DNA from: a virus
Lineage: Duplodnaviria; Caudoviricetes
Reading direction: 5' to 3' (one strand)
Virus record (IMG/VR): IMGVR_UViG_3300025301_000010
Span: 1-63,010 of that record
DNA length: 63,010 nt
The translations under genes and the position numbers were made by a program. The first letter of the stretch is position 1. Each line of letters starts with the position of its first letter. Shown piece after piece: positions 20,451 to 28,573 of this stretch. The notes under the pieces are model-generated. The model worked only from the letters and a program-made list of their open reading frames with translations, did not search any database and was not told where the DNA came from.

Positions 20451-20846
20451 ATGAGCGAGACTTGTGGGCCTGGGCACAAATTGCAGACTGCCGAACATTG
20501 CAGGGTGGTAGCGTACATCGATGCGGCGGGCCAGCCGCAGAAGGTCACGCGGAACCATTGGGTCGTGTGGACGTGCCAGGTTAACACGCTGGAACATCGG
20601 GTCGAGGTGGGGTTCACCTCTTGTTACCATACCGCCGACGGGTGTCACCCGAATCTGACACAAGCTGACCCGCAGGTCACGCATTTGATGCTTACGGACA
20701 ACGAGGACCTCTCGACCGAGCGTAACTACTGGGCCGAGTTGCTCGCCACTGTAGGCGGTGACCCATTCGCCATATCTTCACAAACTGTGCTCGACTACGT
20801 GGCAGATGCTGGGATTCTCCCTTGCGTACCGGAGTCGATCGCGTGA
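20451..20846 (+). CDS. Cys/His-rich tail-associated protein; paralogue of 37389-37787
   Basis: C..GHK.QTAEH, PQKVTR..WVVWTCQ.NTL and SCYH..DGCHPNLT shared with the paralogue. Confidence 0.7.
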   Translation: MSETCGPGHKLQTAEHCRVVAYIDAAGQPQKVTRNHWVVWTCQVNTLEHRVEVGFTSCYHTADGCHPNLTQADPQVTHLMLTDNEDLSTERNYWAELLATVGGDPFAISSQTVLDYVADAGILPCVPESIA

Positions 20847-21151
20847 GCGACATGGGCGAGCTGTTTCGGGGTGAGTATGTCTTGTGGCGGACGTTCGCCT
20901 GGGTGGTCGGCGGACTCTGCTCTATCGCGCTGAGTTTCACTATCGTGCTGTCGCACGTACACGGCGTCGCGCACGCTGAAGCAGAAAAACGGCGCCAACA
21001 AGACGCCGCTCACGTCGACCAGCAAGTCGCTGACGTACGGGCCCAACAGGTCCGTATTTCAGAAAGAGTGGATGTCAATATCCAGTCGCTACGGGACGAG
21101 ATAACCGAGACGCGTAATCTAATCATCGAAGAGATTCGCAAGGGGCGTTGA
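20843..21151 (+). CDS. Single-TM coiled-coil protein, holin- or hemolysin-XhlA-like position
   Basis: One hydrophobic segment followed by a coil; last gene of module A; start 20843 or 20852. Confidence 0.5.
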   Translation: MSDMGELFRGEYVLWRTFAWVVGGLCSIALSFTIVLSHVHGVAHAEAEKRRQQDAAHVDQQVADVRAQQVRISERVDVNIQSLRDEITETRNLIIEEIRKGR

Positions 21152-21170
21152 CCGGTGAGACGGCCCGCGG

Positions 21171-21359
21171 CTACAGAGTGGCGCGTCGTGCCATTTCGTC
21201 GGCGATGAGCCGCCGGACAATCGCCGAACCGTTTGTCTGCGCGCGTAGCCATGCGCGCTGACTAGCTAGAACTTTAATATGGATGGCCTGCGTCTCCTCG
21301 CTCTCGCTCAGGCGTTCCCGTCCGGCGGAATATGTCCGCCTCTCACCTTTTTTGGGCAT
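21171..21359 (-). CDS. Small regulator, ribbon-helix-helix-like
   Basis: 62 aa; AGR arm, alternating strand AIHIKV, helix, then S.IVRRLI helix; divergent from the early promoter. Confidence 0.6.
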   Translation of the reverse strand: MPKKGERRTYSAGRERLSESEETQAIHIKVLASQRAWLRAQTNGSAIVRRLIADEMARRATL

Positions 21360-21434
21360 CGTTAAGAGATATACGTCTAGGCGGACCCAGTCAAGCCCCG
21401 CTGAGCCGCAGTAGGTGCGCGCTGCGTAAAGGTG

Positions 21435-21463
21435 TTGACGTTTACCCTTAAGGGTGCTACATT
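21435..21463 (+). promoter_or_regulatory. Sigma70 promoter with a palindromic operator in the spacer
   Basis: TTGACG-17 bp-TACATT; perfect palindrome ACCCTTAAGGGT at 21444-21455. Confidence 0.8.
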
Positions 21464-21513
21464 AAGAGCATAACAAAAACCCTAAACCAAAGAGGAGGAA
21501 GGAGGAAACACTC

Positions 21514-21678
21514 ATGAACATGCGCCAATATGACCGAACACTAAAAGATAAGGATTATTACAACGCATTACGCTACATTGCGGTGTCACGTCGATACCGT
21601 CTACGCGGAGACCAACACACGGCCGACCTTTACCTGCTAAAAGTCGCCAACTTGCGAAAGCGCATGTCAGCCAGCTAA
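21514..21678 (+). CDS. 54-aa early protein (missing from the ORF track)
   Basis: Double GGAGG RBS; MNMRQYDRTLKDKDYYNALRYIAVSRRYRLRGDQHTADLYLLKVANLRKRMSAS. Confidence 0.75.
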   Translation: MNMRQYDRTLKDKDYYNALRYIAVSRRYRLRGDQHTADLYLLKVANLRKRMSAS

Positions 21679-21776
21679 GCCACCCACAACAAAAGGGGTC
21701 AGACATGGGCAAGCTATTAAGCGGAAGATCAAGAGCCCGGGGCACTCCCGGCATCCGAGGAGGAGGAGTAGTTCCC

Positions 21777-21965
21777 ATGCGGAAACCGAAAGATTACGAG
21801 CTGATTCGGTGTCCCGAGGCACGATCTAAGCGCACGCATAAACCAGCGCGGGTCTTCGAGGACGGGACGTTCGGTGTCTTGGGGCAACACGGTCATGGGC
21901 ATGCGGTGCCGCGCTGTCCCTATTCAAAACTGCCTGTCCGGATCATTCCACAGGAGGGCCGATAA
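21777..21965 (+). CDS. Small basic Cys/His protein
   Basis: GGAGGAGGAG RBS before ATG 21777; stop abuts the next ATG. Confidence 0.6.
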   Translation: MRKPKDYELIRCPEARSKRTHKPARVFEDGTFGVLGQHGHGHAVPRCPYSKLPVRIIPQEGR

Positions 21966-22658
21966 ATGGAGAGAGGGCAGTACGGAGAGATACAGAGGGG
22001 GACGATACGGCCGCAGACGCTCAAAACCTTGGACCGGCTGTTGCGGGGGGCTAGCCGATCGGAGCACATCGATGAACACGGCGGCTGGGTTTTCGATTGC
22101 GACTTCGACAGGCACGGCCGCGGCCACGCGACGAATTACGACTATTACGGGTACGGACGGGACTGCCATAGTCGTCGGCTGCTAGCTGTCATACAGATAC
22201 GCAGATTTACCCGGCAACGGAAAAACGGGTGGGGCAATCAGCGGAAATCGTATTTCTTGATCGGACGCAATGAGGACGAAACGTATTTCGCGCACCCGGT
22301 CAGCGCGGGCGTCATCCATAGCGCGATCAAATCCGGTCGCAATGTTGTTCGCGCCTGCCAGGATTGGATTTTCGGCGGCGATTATGGCCGCATGGTGCGC
22401 CAAGGCGACTTCGCGTTTCTGCCCGTACGGAAGCCGGGCGCAGATGCGCAGTGTGTCGCACCAGCGCGCATCTTGCAGGAAAGCCACTATCTTATTGCCG
22501 ACGAGGCGCGAAAAAACGGGCACCTCTACGCGAAGAACCCGAGCCTGTATCATCTGCCGGGGACGCATCCTGACCTCGAGAATCTTCCGGGATGGTGGCG
22601 GCTCATAGAGGGCCGACGCGGGCGCTTTTGGTCTTTCGCCGCGCCGACAGTGGATTAG
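21966..22658 (+). CDS. Uncharacterised phage early protein with an RQGD motif
   Basis: 230 aa with good RBS; RQGDFAFLP...SH...H..TH pattern. Confidence 0.7.
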   Translation: MERGQYGEIQRGTIRPQTLKTLDRLLRGASRSEHIDEHGGWVFDCDFDRHGRGHATNYDYYGYGRDCHSRRLLAVIQIRRFTRQRKNGWGNQRKSYFLIGRNEDETYFAHPVSAGVIHSAIKSGRNVVRACQDWIFGGDYGRMVRQGDFAFLPVRKPGADAQCVAPARILQESHYLIADEARKNGHLYAKNPSLYHLPGTHPDLENLPGWWRLIEGRRGRFWSFAAPTVD

Positions 22659-22731
22659 GTGGGGAGTCTTAAAAAAACGAACCCCGAGGATCGCCCGTAC
22701 GGGACGATCTCGGGCCACCCTATGTCTAGGC

Positions 22732-22986
22732 ATGGGCACGAATTGGGGTAATATGCGGGTAGCGACGAGTTTTGGTTGTGAGAGCTGCGGGCAAATTAGT
22801 CCGGCCTGTAGCAAAGGGGTGTGCAGTGTATGCGGATCGGCCGCGGTATACTGTCTGGCGCGACGGTCAGCCGCCGAGCAAGACCATTGGGACCGACAGC
22901 AGCGATACCACCGGCGCCGTGCGTACAGCAAAAGGCGGCGTCAAATCCTGCTGCCGGAGGCGCATCCGCGCGAGGAGGAGAGGTAA
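22732..22986 (+). CDS. Small Zn-finger-like protein
   Basis: CESC...C...CSVC; chained with the next ORF. Confidence 0.5.
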   Translation: MGTNWGNMRVATSFGCESCGQISPACSKGVCSVCGSAAVYCLARRSAAEQDHWDRQQRYHRRRAYSKRRRQILLPEAHPREEER

Positions 22987-23223
22987 ATGGTTTTACATTA
23001 CGGGTGTGGATGCCGCACGACGACACGGCGGACAGTAGGCGTGGTGTATGTCCCGCGCGTGTGCCAGCTCCACGAGCTGCCCCGTGTGACCGTGGAGAAG
23101 AAGTGTCAGCGGTGCCACAATTGGCATGCTGGCCGCTGTCGGGGCGTACCGATCGAAGTCGCGCTGATCGTGATCGGGTTGGTCGCGCTGATGGCTGCCT
23201 CTATCGTCGCCTGGACAATATAA
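22987..23223 (+). CDS. Small Cys-rich protein with C-terminal TM helix
   Basis: GAGGAGAGG RBS; CQRC..WH..RC motif and a hydrophobic tail. Confidence 0.6.
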   Translation: MVLHYGCGCRTTTRRTVGVVYVPRVCQLHELPRVTVEKKCQRCHNWHAGRCRGVPIEVALIVIGLVALMAASIVAWTI

Positions 23224-23237
23224 CGCCCGCGGAATTC

Positions 23238-23266
23238 TTGACGGCGGTAGGCGGGTCGGGTACTAT
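23238..23266 (+). promoter_or_regulatory. Sigma70 promoter for replication operon A
   Basis: TTGACG-17 bp-TACTAT, followed by a GC hairpin leader at about 23286-23323. Confidence 0.75.
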
Positions 23267-23361
23267 GGGGGTCAACCTTCTCTCCGCGGCGGGGGCCACT
23301 CTTCTCCTGGTGCCGCCCGCCGCACCCCCCCCTTGCCGGACAGGTAGAGTGCCTACAGACT

Positions 23362-23892
23362 ATGGGGGGCAACAAAAACAAAACTGTATCACGACCGGTG
23401 GCCGCCACAGCGAGTGGCGAGGCGGTGGCGAGCCTGGTATACCTACAGGCGCGTATGGCCGACCGCGCCGCCGAAAGGCTACTGGCTGCCGATTTGTTGC
23501 CGCCGGACCTGCCACACTCCCAATCCCACTCGCACGGGCGGTCGGCTGCTCCGATACGTGGGCCGCGGCTCACGGGGCATGCGGCAGGGCCGGAGAAAAT
23601 CTGCTGGGCGGTGCTTATGCGGGCGTTTGACGACCTCGACCGAGGGGGCCGGACAGGGGCGGCAGTCGGGACAAAACGGCAAAATGTACTAGCCGCACGC
23701 GATGCGCTGCGGTGGGTCTTACGGCCAGACCTGCCGTGTTTATTTTCGTTTTCAGAGGTTTGTTCTACGCTCGGCATTGACGTCACAGCAGCGCGCGCCT
23801 ACGCGCGGGACGTAGTGGCGCCCATTGTCGACCAGATGTACCCGCCGCACGCGACGGGGCGAGACGTGAGGAGGCGATATGGATTGGGATGA
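23362..23892 (+). CDS. Hypothetical protein, W/AVL..A...W......F..VC..LG family (copy 1)
   Basis: PEKICWAVLMRAFDDL...ALRWV...FSFSEVCSTLGID; similar to 34293-34793 and 34784-35146. Confidence 0.65.
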   Translation: MGGNKNKTVSRPVAATASGEAVASLVYLQARMADRAAERLLAADLLPPDLPHSQSHSHGRSAAPIRGPRLTGHAAGPEKICWAVLMRAFDDLDRGGRTGAAVGTKRQNVLAARDALRWVLRPDLPCLFSFSEVCSTLGIDVTAARAYARDVVAPIVDQMYPPHATGRDVRRRYGLG

Positions 23893-24289
23893 GTTCGTGG
23901 TCGAAGAAAAGAAGTACATGAGCACTGACGATGTCCCGGACGTCGGCGAAGTGGTCACGGTCACAGAGTGTGGCCGCGAGGAGATGGCTAACCGCAAGGC
24001 TGAGCAGGACCCGCGTGCGCCCGCGTACGTGACGAAACTGGTCTTGCATTTCGCCGAAAAAACGCCGGGCTTTGTCTGCAATCGTACACAAACGCGCGCG
24101 CTACAGCGGATCGTCGCGCCGAGTCCTGACACCGATGCGCTGATCGGACGTCAGATAATCCTGCGCCGCGTACCACTGCCGCAGGCATACAACGGGCATA
24201 GTCATACAGTCGAGATCGTGGCCGTGCCGTCGAGCCTCCCAGCCGCCCCGCCGCCGAGCGCACCTACAGCAGCGCCGGTGCCGCGCTGA
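23879..24289 (+). CDS. Putative ssDNA-binding or annealing accessory protein
   Basis: KY....D, K.VL.F....P..CN.T, DTD..IGR.I.L pattern typical of genes next to phage exonucleases; GAGGAGG RBS. Confidence 0.55.
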   Translation: MDWDEFVVEEKKYMSTDDVPDVGEVVTVTECGREEMANRKAEQDPRAPAYVTKLVLHFAEKTPGFVCNRTQTRALQRIVAPSPDTDALIGRQIILRRVPLPQAYNGHSHTVEIVAVPSSLPAAPPPSAPTAAPVPR

Positions 24290-24375
24290 GGCGACGTCGA
24301 CGCGGTCGGGGGTGACCCGCAGGACATCATTCAGGGAGACTGGCCTATAGTCCAACGGAAGAGGAGGAGGTCGAG

Positions 24376-25062
24376 ATGAAGTGGGACGAATTCACTCGGA
24401 CATTAAAAGTTCACCAAAAGTACCACATCGGCGGTCAGCAGGTGCCGTCCGTCACAACAGTTTTGCAAAATATCGGGTGGAAGACGGCTGGCTTGCTACG
24501 GTGGGCCGAGCGGATACACGCGGAAGACCGCGACCAAAACCAAGAACGGGACGCGGCTGCCGCCGTAGGGGCCACTGCGCATTATTTGGTGCAATGCTGG
24601 GTCAATGAGACGGAGCCTGACCTATCGAGGGTCGCGCCGATCCATGCGGAATTCGCGATGCAGGCTTATGCCAACTTCCAGCGGTGGGTGGGGCAAACCG
24701 AGGTGCAGCCGATAGCATCCGAGGTTAAAGTCTTGTCGGCCCAGTATCGCTATGGTGGGACCGCGGACCTGATATGTCAGATCGACGGCGTGCGGACGCT
24801 CGTCGACCTGAAAACGTCCGGCGGGGATACCGTGTACGCCGAAAGCAAAATCCAAGTGGCCGCCTATGCTCTCGCCTACAACGAGGAGCACGACGACGCG
24901 CCGGTTCGACGTCTGTGTGTGCTACAGATGGGCCGCGAGACGGGCGCCTGCGTCGCCCACTTTTTGTCGCCGGAGGAGTGGGCCGCCGGACAAGACGCGT
25001 TCCTGCGCGCGCGAGACTTGCACGAGCTACGCAAGACCCTCAACAAGAAGGCCCGCCGGTGA
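24376..25062 (+). CDS. PD-(D/E)XK exonuclease
   Basis: PSVTTVL, G...H, ASE, YGGTADL, LVDLKTS and Q..AYA motifs. Confidence 0.88.
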   Translation: MKWDEFTRTLKVHQKYHIGGQQVPSVTTVLQNIGWKTAGLLRWAERIHAEDRDQNQERDAAAAVGATAHYLVQCWVNETEPDLSRVAPIHAEFAMQAYANFQRWVGQTEVQPIASEVKVLSAQYRYGGTADLICQIDGVRTLVDLKTSGGDTVYAESKIQVAAYALAYNEEHDDAPVRRLCVLQMGRETGACVAHFLSPEEWAAGQDAFLRARDLHELRKTLNKKARR

Positions 25063-27224
25063 CGCCGGAGCGGTTTTTGGGGCTTGTGCGAGACCACGTC
25101 CCAGGGCTGACCGCGACAAAAAAAGAGGGTGAATATCTTGGCACGGTGCCGTGGCGGCCGGACACGCATCCTTCCTTAGCCGTAAATGTTACTAAAATGT
25201 GTTGGGTTGATCGCGGCACGCAAGACGCCGGTGGCTGGCTCAAATTTTGCGAGCGCGTCGGCGTGTCCGCTGATGATCTGCGCCGCGATGATAACTCGCA
25301 ACCGCAACCGCAACCGCAACCGCAACCGCGCACCGCGAGGGATGATCTCGACAAACTCCTTACCGACCGTAAAAAGCAGGGAGAGGCGGGGCTTCTTCCA
25401 AAGCCGCAACCGCGGCGGAATGGGAACCTGCCAGGGGCGACGATCGTCGAGACCTACGACTACACCGACGCGGCGGGGGCGCTGGTGCATCAGGTCGTGC
25501 GCCTGGAGCCCAAAACGTTCAGGCAGCGGCAATCCGATGGGAACGGGGGTTGGCTGTGGCATGCGCGCGGAGTCGAAACAGTCCCCTATCGACTGCCCGA
25601 GCTGTTAGACGCGGACAGGGTCTACATATGCGAGGGCGAGAAAGATTGCGACCTATTGCACGATCTCGGGTTCGCTGCCACTACGAACCCGATGGGCGCG
25701 GGCAAATGGCCGGAGCATTTCGCGCCGCATTTCCTGGACAAAGAAGTGGTATGTTTGCCAGATAACGACAGCCCAGGGCGTGCCCATATGCAGCAGGTCG
25801 CGGCCGCGCTCGAGCCGGTCGCACGTCGCGTGGTAGTGTGTACGCTACCGGGGCTTGCAGAGAAAGGGGACGTCGCTGACTTTTTGACCTCATACGGCGA
25901 AGAGGAGTTGCGCGAACATGTTGCGCTCGTGCTCGCGTATACGCCCACGGTAACGGTTGAAGCCGCGCCCCCGACGGGGCCGCCGGACTTGCTATGTCCT
26001 GACACAGTATGGTCTGGGCCATACTATAGCGCTGTAGCCGATACGCTCGGTGTCCGGTCGTGGGGGGTCTGGCTAGGGGCAACCGTTGCGGCTAGCGCCT
26101 GGCTCGGTCGCGCGGTGCGCACGCTATACCACGGGCCGCTACATTGTAACGTGTTTGGCCTGCTGGTGAGTGGGACCGGCGCAGGCAAATCTATTTGCAC
26201 AGAGACAGCGCGGGCGTTGCTCCCCCCAACGGTTCGGGCCGGAGACTCCCCACAGTCAGGCCAAGCGCTCGGCAACCTCATCGCGGACGTGGAGCGTGAC
26301 GGCGGCGAGATTATCGTAACACCGCAACCGGCGACGATGATCTGTGAAGAGTGGTCTAAACTAGCCCGACTCGGGAAAATGTCATACTCACACCTGTTAG
26401 AGGACATTAATAAACTGTATGACTTCCCCGTCGACCTAGAGCTAAACCGCTCCGATCGGGATAAGAAAGGTGGGCGTATCGTGTATCCGAACCCGGAGCT
26501 GACGATCTGCGCGACGACAACGACAGGACTGTTCCGCGAGGAGACAGACCGGCGGTTCATTCAGGGCGGGTTTATCAATCGTTTTTTGATTTTGCCGGGA
26601 GAGCAGCGGCGGTGGGCCTTCCACGATACGGGCCGGGCGTCGATGGACTATGCAAGGCTACCACCGATCCAACAGGCACTCGGGCCGCCGCCGGTCTGGC
26701 AGAGCCGAACGTCGATCTGGGCACACTATACACCCGACGCGGCCGAACGGCTGGTGGAATGGGGCAAGCGCTTCGAGGCCGAGATAATGAACGCCGTAGA
26801 CCAGCCGCCGGAGCTGGACGCATACAAACGCCTGCACGTCTATGCGCATAAGCTGTCGATGCTGTACGCGGCGCTCGACAAGCGGGATACGATAACCGTC
26901 GCCGACGTAGAATGCGCCGTGAGCGTGGTAGATACCTCCTGGCTGTGGTTGGATTTTTTGCTCGAAGATGTGGGCGTCCCAGAGCCGCCGTGGGTCGTAT
27001 ACGAAATGGAGCTCGCGGCAAAAGTGCGCCACAAGGTGGTGTCGCGTCCCGGCGAGTACACCCGGCGCGAGCTAAAAAAGCGCATACGGGGCGACAGCAA
27101 AAAGATCGGCCAAATTATAGAAACGCTCATCGAGGAGCACGACCTCATAGAAGACGTCAACCCTGCGCGCGGACATGCACTGCGCTTATACCCCCCGAGC
27201 GAGGGGTCAGCTGACAGGAGCTAG
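25059..27224 (+). CDS. TOPRIM primase fused to a DUF3987-like P-loop helicase
   Basis: EGEKD, PDND..G and GD..DF TOPRIM motifs; GTGAGKS Walker A, ICEE and GGFINRF; GTGA overlap start. Confidence 0.88.
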   Translation: MTPERFLGLVRDHVPGLTATKKEGEYLGTVPWRPDTHPSLAVNVTKMCWVDRGTQDAGGWLKFCERVGVSADDLRRDDNSQPQPQPQPQPRTARDDLDKLLTDRKKQGEAGLLPKPQPRRNGNLPGATIVETYDYTDAAGALVHQVVRLEPKTFRQRQSDGNGGWLWHARGVETVPYRLPELLDADRVYICEGEKDCDLLHDLGFAATTNPMGAGKWPEHFAPHFLDKEVVCLPDNDSPGRAHMQQVAAALEPVARRVVVCTLPGLAEKGDVADFLTSYGEEELREHVALVLAYTPTVTVEAAPPTGPPDLLCPDTVWSGPYYSAVADTLGVRSWGVWLGATVAASAWLGRAVRTLYHGPLHCNVFGLLVSGTGAGKSICTETARALLPPTVRAGDSPQSGQALGNLIADVERDGGEIIVTPQPATMICEEWSKLARLGKMSYSHLLEDINKLYDFPVDLELNRSDRDKKGGRIVYPNPELTICATTTTGLFREETDRRFIQGGFINRFLILPGEQRRWAFHDTGRASMDYARLPPIQQALGPPPVWQSRTSIWAHYTPDAAERLVEWGKRFEAEIMNAVDQPPELDAYKRLHVYAHKLSMLYAALDKRDTITVADVECAVSVVDTSWLWLDFLLEDVGVPEPPWVVYEMELAAKVRHKVVSRPGEYTRRELKKRIRGDSKKIGQIIETLIEEHDLIEDVNPARGHALRLYPPSEGSADRS
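25299..25328 (+). repeat. (CAACCG)5 microsatellite encoding a QP linker
   Basis: Five perfect hexamer copies inside the primase gene. Confidence 0.95.
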
Positions 27225-27236
27225 AGGGCAGCTCGG

Positions 27237-28298
27237 GTGAGAGAACTGTCCCTATTTTCAGGCGTAGGAGGCGGCCTCTTAGGGACGGGAACGTTAGGGT
27301 GGAGGTGTATTGGATATGTCGAAAACAACACGTATTGCCAGCGCATCCTCGGACAGCGGATCGCCGACGGCATCCTCGACGCCGCTCCGATCTTTGGCGA
27401 TATCCGAACATTCAATAGTGACGGGTACGCCGCGAGCTATACGGGCCTGGTTGATGTCGTCAGTGCAGGTTTCCCCTGCCAACCCTTCTCCACCGCAGGG
27501 CAGCGCAAAGGGGCAACCGACGAACGTAACATGTGGCCGTCCACCAGGGATACCATTCGTCTCGTTCGACCCCGCTACGCATTCTTGGAAAACGTCCCTG
27601 GACTTATTTCCAGCGGATATTTTGACACGATCCTCCGTGACCTGGCCGAAATCCGGTATGATGCACGATGGACAGTGCTGGGAGCGCACCATGTTGGTGC
27701 CCCGCATAAGCGGAACCGGCTCTGGATACTCGCTACCGACGCCGAGTGCGGTGAGCTACGGCACCAATCAGGGCGGGGGCATGGGGCGGACAGGGCCGCT
27801 GCGTCTCTGGACACGATGGCCCGTCAGAACATGTGGCCGACGCCAAGCGGTCACCGCCGGGGGGGCGGAAGCCACTCCACCCAGCCGTCTTCGGCCCAGC
27901 GGTCACAAGCGGCAGATCACCCTGCAGGATGCGGTGCGGTGGCCGAGCCCCAAGGCCAGCGACTCCAAGGGGACGGGACCAGTTGGCAGCAAGAGCCAAA
28001 TACACGACAACCGAAAAAAGAATCTGAGAGGCATAACGGCTCTATGGGCGACACCGAACACGGGCGATGCGACCAGGGGCTCGCCGGAGACAGCCGACGA
28101 CAAGAGAGCGAGAGGGGCGCATACCGGGGAAAGCCTAATAGACCAAACTGGTGGGCAACTGAACCCGCCGTGGGTCGAGTGGCTCATGGGGTGGCCGCTC
28201 GGGTGGACCGACTTAAAGCCCTTGGGAATGGACAAGTACCGGCAGTGGCAGCAGCAGCATGGCGTATATTAACCGACATGGAGGACGTAAAGAAATGA
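27237..28298 (+). CDS. DNA (cytosine-5) methyltransferase, alpha chain
   Basis: Motif I LFSGVGG, IV GFPCQPFS, VI ENV, VIII HKRNRLWI and X LKALGNGQVP; no motif IX in this frame. Confidence 0.92.
   Translation: MRELSLFSGVGGGLLGTGTLGWRCIGYVENNTYCQRILGQRIADGILDAAPIFGDIRTFNSDGYAASYTGLVDVVSAGFPCQPFSTAGQRKGATDERNMWPSTRDTIRLVRPRYAFLENVPGLISSGYFDTILRDLAEIRYDARWTVLGAHHVGAPHKRNRLWILATDAECGELRHQSGRGHGADRAAASLDTMARQNMWPTPSGHRRGGGSHSTQPSSAQRSQAADHPAGCGAVAEPQGQRLQGDGTSWQQEPNTRQPKKESERHNGSMGDTEHGRCDQGLAGDSRRQESERGAYRGKPNRPNWWATEPAVGRVAHGVAARVDRLKALGNGQVPAVAAAAWRILTDMEDVKK
27310..28272 (+). CDS. Overlapping-frame beta chain of the C5 MTase (M.EcoHK31I-type)
   Basis: Nested +1 frame ORF with LPTP/WPSP/WATP repeats and motif IX-like GQLNPPWVEWLMGWP.GWT; true start uncertain. 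Confidence 0.75.
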   Translation: MDMSKTTRIASASSDSGSPTASSTPLRSLAISEHSIVTGTPRAIRAWLMSSVQVSPANPSPPQGSAKGQPTNVTCGRPPGIPFVSFDPATHSWKTSLDLFPADILTRSSVTWPKSGMMHDGQCWERTMLVPRISGTGSGYSLPTPSAVSYGTNQGGGMGRTGPLRLWTRWPVRTCGRRQAVTAGGAEATPPSRLRPSGHKRQITLQDAVRWPSPKASDSKGTGPVGSKSQIHDNRKKNLRGITALWATPNTGDATRGSPETADDKRARGAHTGESLIDQTGGQLNPPWVEWLMGWPLGWTDLKPLGMDKYRQWQQQHGVY

Positions 28299-28573
28299 CC
28301 ACTCGTTTACATCTCGCAACAGCCGTCTTATGCGGCAATTCGATCTGTCAAAATCCTGCAGACGTTTGCCAGGAAATCTACGACATTAACGATCCGTGTT
28401 GTCCTGGATGTGGGAGCTACACGTCCCACCCGATATCGATGTGGATTCCGGCATCCAGTCCCCCACGGCAATTGATGGAGGACCGCCGCGAACACGCAAT
28501 CCCGTTACTGGACGTCATCACCGAAGGGAGTACCGATGGAACAGAAAGAGACCTGGTTAGCACAACGCCGTAA
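28295..28573 (+). CDS. Small Zn-ribbon protein
   Basis: C....C and CPGCGS motifs; ATGA-coupled to the MTase stop. Confidence 0.6.
   Translation: MTTRLHLATAVLCGNSICQNPADVCQEIYDINDPCCPGCGSYTSHPISMWIPASSPPRQLMEDRREHAIPLLDVITEGSTDGTERDLVSTTP

Noticed and set aside
21362-21394. Minus-strand promoter for the RHH gene (TTGACT...TATATC)
   Set aside because: The -35 is good but the -10 match and spacing are poor; not supported well enough to call.
24774-25058. N-terminal extension of the primase
   Set aside because: Arg-rich shadow of the exonuclease gene; GTGA coupling supports a start at 25059.
24376-25062. Cas4
   Set aside because: It lacks the four-Cys Fe-S pattern and any CRISPR context; it is an ordinary phage exonuclease.
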